From an uncultured Myxococcales bacterium (GTDB lineage: Bacteria > Myxococcota_A > UBA9042 > CAIXZC01): a DNA stretch of 64,000 nucleotides. A program made the position numbers and the translations under genes. Shown here one piece after another: positions 9,439 to 18,400 of the stretch (the stretch's first letter is position 1; each line of letters begins with the position of its first letter). The DNA is taken from the NCBI GenBank assembly GCA_903923815.1, contig CAIXZC010000084.1, forward strand, positions 37,350-101,349, written 5' to 3'. The notes beneath the pieces were generated by a model. The model was not told where the DNA came from. It saw nothing but the letters and a program-made list of their open reading frames with translations, and did no database searches.

Positions 9439-12400
9439 CAGGACTTCTGGATTTGTTCCAGCAGATCAATGGCCTCCTGGTGGTACTTGCGGATGGCCAG
9501 TAGCCTGGACAGGTACTGCTTGGCCTTGCTCTTCTGGCCCGCCGCCAGGGTGGCCCGGGCAAGGGAGAGGTAGACGAAGATCCGCTGCTCCTCGTCGGCC
9601 AGTTCGCCGATGCGGACCACCAGGATCTGCAGGATCTTCAAGGCCTCGTCGCTATCCCCCAGGCCCGTCAGCAGGCGCGCCAGGTTCATCAGCACCGCCA
9701 GATTGGAGGCATCCACCCCTTCGGCCCGGCGCAGGTCCTCCAGGGCCTTGTCCGGGTCCCCCAGGGCTTCGTGGATGGTGGCCATCTCCAGCAGCAGGGC
9801 GGGCACGTCCTTCATCTTGCGCCGGGACACCAGGTGGTCCACCTTCCACTGCAGCAGGCCCAGCACCCGCTTGCGGTCCCCCACGGAACGGTAGTGGGTC
9901 AGCAGCTCCTCCACAATGGCGGGGTTCTCCTCCGCCTTGTGGGCCTCCTCGATCCAGGAGAGGAACTTGTCCGCCCGCCCCAGCCCATCGCGATAGGCCA
10001 CGGCGGTACGGCGGCACAGCTCGGAGCGCCGGGACTGGTCCGTGGTGGTGGCCAACTCCTCCGCCAGCCGGTCTATCAGCTCCTGGTGGCGCCCCGTCTT
10101 CTCCAGGGCATCCAGCAGCAGCTCCCGAAGCGCGGGCGTGTCCGAGGCCTTTGCGCCCCGGCTCTCCAGGATCTCCATGGCCCCCTTGGGGTCATCCATC
10201 TGGTGCAGCTTGATCCTTGCGGCCCCCGCCAGGGCGGCCCCGCGGTTCGCCTGATCCTCCGCCGCCAGGCCCATCCAGGCGTCGAAGGCCTCATCCCAGC
10301 GCCCCTGCTTCTCCAATACCTCCAGGGCCAGCTTCCTGGCATCGAACAGGTCCGCCTTGAGGGCCAAGGTCCGCCCCACCCGGGCCAGCAGCTCGGTGGG
10401 ATCAATGGACGTCCGGGCCAGCAGCCTGGTCCCCATGTGAATGGCCTCGGCCTGGGCCTCCGGGTCCTCCGTGGCCTCCGCCACCTTGTCCCACATCGCG
10501 GCGGCACCCTCGAAGTCCTCTTCGGCCTCCAGCAGCTCCACCAGCTTGAGCTGGTTCCCCAGGTGTCCCGGGTGCAGCTCCAGGGCCCGCTCCAGGATGC
10601 GCCGCCCCAGGGCCCGATCCCCTACCTTGTCCAGGGCGATGGCCAGGGCCTCGTCCAGGCGCTCCAGGGTCTCCTCCAGCTCCGCCTCGGAGGTGCTGGC
10701 CAGCAGCAGCTCCGCCGCCCGCCGCCAGTTGCCCTCCTCCTGCAGCAGGGACACCAGGGCCCGTACGGCGCCGAAGTCCTGCGGGTTGTCCACAATCAGG
10801 TCCTCCAGGATGGCCGAGGCCCGATCCGGGCGCCCCAGCTTCTCCTTGAGGACCCCCGCCAGCCGCAGCCGACGCTGGCGCTGCTCCTCCGGGGTGCCCA
10901 TGGTGGCCAGCCGCTCCAGCAGCTCGGCCAACGCGGGCCAGTCCCCCAGGCTGCCCAGCAGGGCCTCCTGTTCGGTCAACAACTCGCCCCGCTCGGGCTC
11001 CATCTCGGCCAGTCGCTGCAGGGCCGAGCGCAGCCCCTCCCGGTCCCCCGTCTGCCGGGCCAGTCGGGCCAGGGCCTCCAGGGCCTCCAGCCGCCGGTCC
11101 TGATTCGCCGACAGGGCCATCTGCTCCAGGTTCTCTTTCAGCTCGGTCCCACGCTGGGGCTGCCTCTCCAGAATGCCCGCCAGCCGGGCCAGGGCGAAGT
11201 CGTCCTCCGGGTCCGCCGCCAGGATCTGGCGCAGCTTCAGCTCTGCCCGGGCGGGCAGGTTGCACTTGTCTTCGTAGATGAGGGCCAGCCGGCGCAGGCC
11301 CGTCAGGTCCTCCGTGGCCTCCGGCGCACCCAGCCGCTGATCCAGGGCGTGGGCCAGCTCCAGCCACCCGCCCAGGCTCTCCGCCAGGCGCTCCGCATGA
11401 ACCTGAATCTCCTCCAGGGACAGGGACAGGTCGGGGATGGTCGCAAGCAGGGCCGCGAAGACCTCCGGGGCAGCCCCCGGCACCTTGTCCGTCAGGGCCG
11501 CAGCCTCCACCAGATATCTGGCGCGGTCCGTCATGTCCCGGGCCTCTCGGGCCCTGGCCAGCAGGATCTTCAGGTGCTTGTCAGGGGAGCTGGCGCGGTG
11601 CACCGGCTCCAGGATCTCCAGCACGCCGGGGCCATAGACCGGGTCGTCCATGAGGGCATCCAACCGGGCCACCGCGGCCAGGTTCCCCGCGTCCAGACTC
11701 AGCACATCGCGGTAGACCTCAATGGCCCCCGCCTTGTCCTCCAGCTTGTCTTCCTTCAAGAAGCCCAGCTTCAAGAGGGTCGACAGGCGCAGCTCCCGGG
11801 CGGAGGCGCTGGACAGCACGGTCTCATACAGCTCGGCCAACTCGGGGAAGCGGCCGGCCTCCAGCAGCAGCCGCTCCAGGGCGGCGATGTTGTCCGTGTC
11901 CTCGGGGTGCTCGGCGTGGATGCGCAGCCGCTCCTCCACCGCCTCCTCAGGCCGCCCCAGCTTCTTCTCCAGCAGCATGGCCAGCTTGAGGGACAGCTCC
12001 CAGGCCAGCTTGGGCTCCGGGCAGCCCGCGGCGTGCTTGCGCAGCAGGGCCCCGAAGTCCTCCAGCAGGTTACCCGTGAAGGCCACCCGCTCCACCGCCT
12101 CCCAGATGTCCGGCAGGTCCGAACGCTCCTCCAGCACGGCCCCCAACAGGGCCATGGCCGCGGCGGCGTCACCCAGGTGCTCCAGGCGAATCAGGGCCGC
12201 CTCCCGGGCCAACGCAAAGCGCTCCGGGCCGTCCTTGTCGTTCATCAGCACCAGCACGGCGCTCAGGGCGTCCTGCCAGCTCTCCCGCGCCTGGGCCAGG
12301 CCCCTCAGCCGCTGGGCCGCAGCGGCCGCCACGGCGTTCTCCCCCTGGGTCAACTCCAGCAGGAAGCCGTAGGCGTCCTCCGAATCCGGCGCCATCTCCA

Positions 12401-15400
12401 GCAGGGCGTCGATGTCCTCCAGCGCCCGCTGGCCGTCCTCCAGCGAGTGGATCAGGACATAGGCCCGCTCGCGGTGCAGCTCCGCGCGCTCCTCCGGGTC
12501 ACTCGTGAGGGGCACCAGCTTGGAGTTCACGGCGCTCAGCTCTTCATTCATGTCCAGCACCCGGAAGCAGCGCCGCAGCCCGTTGAGGGCGAACACGCTC
12601 TTGGGGTCCAGGACCAGGATCTCATTGAAGTGGTTCAGGGCGTCCTCATGGGCCCCCAGGAACTGCTCCTCCAGCATGGCCAGCCGGGACAGCATGTCCT
12701 TCCGCCGGTCCTTCCCCTTCACCGTGGGCAGGTGGGCCTGGTACAGGTCCCGCAGCCACTCCCACTTCTCCTCGCGCTGGTACAGCGCGCAAAGCTTCTC
12801 GAAGGCGTCCTGCGCCACCGCGGGCCTGGTCAGCAGCTCGTTGTACCAGTCCACCGCCTTGGGCACCTCACCCAGGGACAGATACAGGTCCGCCAGCTCC
12901 ATGCCGATGGCCGTGCGGCCCTGCTCGTCAGCGCTGTCCGCCCGGGTCTCCAGGATGCGCACCAGCCCCTTGTGGTCCCCCTTCAGGCTGTAGAAGTTCT
13001 CCAGCCAGCTCAGGGCCTCGGTGTCCGCCGGGGACAGCCCCAACAGCTCTTCATACAGGGCCGCGGTCTCCTCCTGGGCGTCCTCAAACTTCGCCGAGAT
13101 CCGCGCCGCACGGCCGATGTAGCCGGCCTCCAGCCCGGGGTCCTGGGAGGACACCGCCACCCAGACTTCCTTGAGGCGCTGCTGGTTGCCCAGCTTGGCG
13201 CAGGCCTGCTCCAGCGCCTGCTCCAGCCCACCGTCCCCGGGGGCCAGCGTCAGGGCCGCCGCCAGGTGCTCAAAGGCCTCCTCCGTATCCCCCGCCTTCT
13301 CCCTCAGGATGGCCGCCCGCCGCAGCAGGCCCAGGCGGTCCAGCTCATCCTCGGTGATGCCCAGCAGGGCCTCCACCAGCCCCGCCGTGCGGGCATATTG
13401 GTCCGTGGTCTCCAGGTGCTCCAGCAGGGCCGTGCCGAACCTCCGCCGCAGGTCCCCGTCCTGGCTCTCGTCCAGGAACAGGGTCTCCAGCAGGGTGGGG
13501 GCCTCTTCGTTCTCCGGGTGCTCCCGCAGCACGTCCATCAACTCCTGCCCGCCGTCCTCCACCCGGGCCCGGTCCTCCAGCAACAGGGCCGCCAGCCGCA
13601 GCCTTATGGCCAGGGCCTCGTCCCCGGAGGCGCGCGCCATCCGCCGCCGCAGCAGGTTCTCCAGGTCCTCGCGCTTCTCCAGGCTGGTCAGGGCTTCTTC
13701 CAGGCGATCCTGGATGTCGTCATCCTCCGGCAGCATGTCCGCCAGCCGCCCCAACACCGCCGCCCCTTCGGCCCGGCGCTCAAGGCGCTCCGCCAGCAGC
13801 TCTGCGGCCTCCAGCATGGGTCCCCGGGCATCCTTGGCGGGCAGCAGCTCCGCGCCCTCCAGCAGGGCCGCGGCGTACTCCTCCACCCGGTCCAGCGTCT
13901 TCCAGGCCTCCAGCAGCGAGCCCCGGGCCGCCTCAGCCAGATCCCCGAAGGGTCCGTCCTTCAGCTCGGTCCACAGGGGGAGGGCCTCCTCCCTCGCCTT
14001 CCCCACCCACAGCAGGGAGGCCAGCTCGGCCTTCAGCTCACAGGCCAGGCGCTCGTCCCCAGGCTGCCCCGAGGCCAGCAGGCCCTTCAGGAAGCCCACC
14101 AGATCGTCCAGGCTCCCGGCGGACCTGGCGTGCTTGATGGCCCGCCGCAGATAGGTCCCGTCGTCGGGGTCCAGCAGGGTCTCGATCTTGGCCACTGCGT
14201 AGGCCCCCAGGTCATCCACCGGCGCCGACAGGCGCAACTGGTAGACCTTCTCGAACCACTGCAGCTTGTCCGTCCTGTCGCTGCACAGGGCCGCCGCCCA
14301 CTGGAACAGCAGCACGGTGCGGTCCCGGTCGCCGGCGTACAGCTCCACCAGGGTCTCCACCAGGCGCGGCTCCACCGTCTCCAGCCGATCCCGCTGCTCC
14401 TCCAGCAGGGCCACCACGCCGTCATCCGTGGACCCGTCCTGCAGCCCCTCGTGGACCTCGTCCAGGGCCGCCCCCAGGTCGCCGATTTCGTTCATCAACA
14501 GGTGCACCAGCCGCAGCCGGCCTTCCCGTCGCTCCTCCGGGTCCTGCAGGTGGGCCAGTTCCCGCTTGATCACCGCCGCTGCCCCCGAGGGGTCGTCCTT
14601 GCCAAAGTGCAGGAACTCCAGCGACCGGTAGGCGTCCTTCTGGGTCGGGTCCAGGGCCAGGATGGCCTCCAGGGTGTCCATGGCCTCGTCCGGCAGCTCC
14701 AGCTTTTCGGCCTGCAAGGAGGCCATCTCGAACAGCACAGCGATGCGGCCCTCAGCGGTCTTCTGCAGCTCCAGGGTCTGCTTCTTGAGGTCCACCAGCT
14801 TTTCCCACTCGGAGTTCTGCTCGTACAGGACGCTCAGGCGCTCCCGGGCCCCGCGGTCCGCCGGATCATCATCCAGCATGTCCTTGTAAAGCACCTCGGA
14901 CCGCTCGAAGTCCTCCAGCCGGTCGTGGTACAGCTTGGCCATCTTACGGCGCAGGTTGTTGCGCTCCTCGGCGGTGGCCAGCTCCACCAGGACGTCAATA
15001 TAGATGTCGAACAGTTCGTCCCAGGCGCCCCGCTTCTCGGCGTACTCCAGCAGCGCCTCATGGACCCGCTCCGACCCCGGCTCCAAGCGGAAGGCCCGGC
15101 TGGTGTGGAAGAAGGCACCGTCCGCGTCGTCCAGCTTCCCGTCATACAGCTCCGCCAGGGCCCGGTGCTTGTCCACCACCGAGATGTCCCCGGGGAAGCG
15201 CTCTATCTGGGTCATCAGCACCCAGGCCAGCTTCTTCCATTCCTCCACCGACTCCAGATGGGCGGCCAGCAACTCGCTGGCATGGAAGGATTGGTCGGGG
15301 TGTTCCTCCGTGATTCGGGTCAGCAGCCCCCCGGCCTTGCGGTCCGACGGGTCCAGCCCCACAAGCTCCCCAAGGTGCCCCACGGCCGCCTCGATGCGCC

Positions 15401-18400
15401 CCAGTTCCAGGGCCTCGATGGAGGCCAAAGCCATCAGCAGCCGCTGCCGCTCCGCCTTGGCGGGCTCGTCCTCCAGCAGCCGTTCGTAGACCTCCGCCAG
15501 CTCGGGGAAGCGTCCCACGGCCATCAGCAGGCGCTCCAGTGCCGCCGACAGCTCGGCGCTGCGCTCCAGCAGCCAGGCGGTCTTGTACAGCTCCACGGCG
15601 GCGTCCGGGTTCTCCAGGCGCTCCTCCTGCAACATGGCGGCCTGCACCAGGGTCTCCACCTTCTCGGCCTGATCCCCCAGCCGCTCCGCCTTGAACTTCA
15701 GGAACTCCACCAGCTCGAACCAGTTCTCCTCCCGGCTAAGCAGCTCCTCCAGCAGCCCCATGGCCGCCCGGTCCCGGGGGTTCTCCAGGTCCGCTCCATC
15801 GCCCAGCAGTTTCCGCAGGGTGGCCTCGGCCTCCACGGTTCGTCCCAGCTCCACCTGCAGGTGCCCCAGCAGCGCCAACTGATCGGAGCGCTCCTCCGGG
15901 TCCTCAATCAGTGGCAGATAGCGTTCCAGCAGCGCGCAGCGGTCCTCACTGCGGTTCAACGTCGAGTAGGCCTCCAGCAGGCGCCGGTAGTGGCTGGCCT
16001 CATCCGGGGCCAGCTCCAAAAGCTTCTCCAGGTACCCCGCGGCCTTCTTCTCCTGGCCCTTCTCCATCAGCAACTCGGACAGCAGCTCCAGGGCCTTGGG
16101 GTTCTGACACCCCTCCCCCGAGTCGCAGGTCCCCTGCAGCAGCTTCAGGGCCTGCTCCTGCTGCCCCGCGTCCAGGGCGCAGGTCTGCACCCGCTGGGCC
16201 GCCGCCTCGTCCCCGGGGTTCTGCTTGAGGGCCTGGGCGGCCGCCTCGAAGGCCCCCACCGCATCCCCCAGCCGCTCCTCCCGCAGGTGGGACAGCCGCA
16301 GCCAGAAGCCCGCCGCCTCCGTTCCGTTCTCCTCGGCCTCGGCCCGAATGGCCAGCACCATGGCCAGCCGCTCCCAGTCCTGGGCCTCCGTCAGCAGGGG
16401 CAGCAGCAGCTCCGTGGCCCGGGCCACCACCGCCGCCGGCATGTCCTCTTCCTTGGAGCCCGCCACCAGCGCCGCCAGGGAGTCCCCCACCGTGGCCCGC
16501 TCGAAGCTCTCGTCCTCCAGCAGGCTCTCCAGCAGATCCAAGGCCTCCTGGGGCTTGCCCAGGCGCTGCATCAGCAGCTGCGCCAGGTCGTGTATGCGGT
16601 GACTTCGCTGGGGCCCCTGAAGCCAGGCCAGCCGCTTGCGCAGCAGGTCCGCCAGCTCGTCCCAGCGTTCATTGGCGCTGTAAAGCTCTTCCAGCCTGTC
16701 CGCCGCCTGGGTGTCCTCGTCCACCTCTCCCAGCAGCGCGGCCAGCCACTCCATGGCCTCCTCGTCCCGGCCCCCCAGGGCCAGCACCAGCTCCGCCAGC
16801 TTGCGATGCAGGGCCACCCGCTGGTCCTGCTCGAAGACCAGGGCCTCCTTCTGCCGCAGCAGGGTCAACAGCTCCTCACTGTCCCCCGCCTCCTCCAGCA
16901 CCAGCTCCAGCCGGTCCATCAGGGCCAGGTCGTCCGGGTGGAAGCGCAGCGCCTGCCGCAGGGCCTCCGCCGCCAGGTCCAGGTCCTTCAGCTCGTGCTG
17001 CGCGATGCGGGCCAGCAGCAGCGCCCCGTCCCGCGGGTCCCCCTCGCCCCCCTCGCCGCCCTCAGAGGCCTCCAGGCTGGCACTCAGGAACGTGGAAAAA
17101 TCCAGCAGATGCCCGGACAGCTCCGCCGCCTCGTTGCAGCGCTGCAACAGGTCCCCCCGGAAGGGGCTCAGCTGCAGGGCCTGGGTCAGGATGTGGTACA
17201 GCTCCTCCGCCGTGCCCTCCACCGTGGCCAGGGCCTCCGCCGCCTCCAGGAACAGCTCCAGCCGGTGCTCCGGGTCCTCGGTCCTGGCGGCCTGGGTCAC
17301 CAGCAGCCGTCCCAGGGCCTCGCTGGCCCCCGTGTCCCGATAATGGTTCTTCAGCAGCTCGCCGGCGCCGCAGTCCTCGTCCGTCTTCTCGAATACGTCC
17401 TCCGCCAGGGCCACCGCCGGCGCCAGCCCGGGCTCTTCGCCCAGCAGCCTGGCCAGCAGCTCGCTGGTGCGGAAGGGGTCCTCAAGCTGCCGCCACAGCA
17501 GGGTGGAGGCGCGCAGCATGGTGTACACCCGCTCTTGATGATCCTTGAGCACCGGCAGGCGGGCCTCCAGGGCCTCCACCACGCCGCCAAAGTCCTCCCC
17601 CTCCTCCAGCACCCGCACCAGCCCCTGATGGGCCTCCTCGTCCTGGGGGCTCAGGGCCAGCAGCCGCCGGTAATCCCCCGCAGCCTTCTCCAGGTCCGCC
17701 AGGGCCTCCTCGTGCAACCGCGCCAGGGTCAACAGCTTCTCCCGCAGCAGCGCCGAGGGCAGGGGCAGCTCACACAGCGCCTCCAGTGTCTCCTCAAGCT
17801 GCGCCAGGTCTCCCATGGCCAGGTATAGCCGCTGCATCTCCTCCAGGATCTCCACCGAGTGGGGCAGCCTCAGCCGATACTTCTGCAGCAGCTCCACCGC
17901 CCCCGCCAGGTCCCGCAGGCGCTCCCGCAGCACCGCCGCCGTCCGGGTCACCACCCGGGCCGCCAGGTCCTCGTCGGGCAGGTCCTCCGCCAGCCTGTCC
18001 AGTCGGTCCACCAGTTCAGCCAGCGAGTCCGCCGTCTCCGCCCGCTCCACGGCGGCGTCAAACAGCTGGTCCTTGCCGCTCATCAACTGGGCCTCCAGCA
18101 GGGCCAGGGTCCGCTGATGGGACTCCTCGGACTTGCCCGCCTCCTCCAGCAGCCGCGCCAGGTCCAACGAGGCCCGTTCAGCCTCCTGTCCCCCCGCGTG
18201 GTCAGCCAGCACCGACAGCGCCCGCAGGCGCCGATCCGTATTGGCGGTCTTGAAGCGCTCCAGCAGATTGCGCGCGTCCTCCACGGCGTCCGGCACCTTG
18301 CCCAGCAGCTCGTGCAGGTATCGCTCCGCCCGCTCCTTGTCCTGCATCAGCTCCATGGCCGCGTAGGCCAGCTCCCGCCCGATGCCCCGGGCCAGCTCCC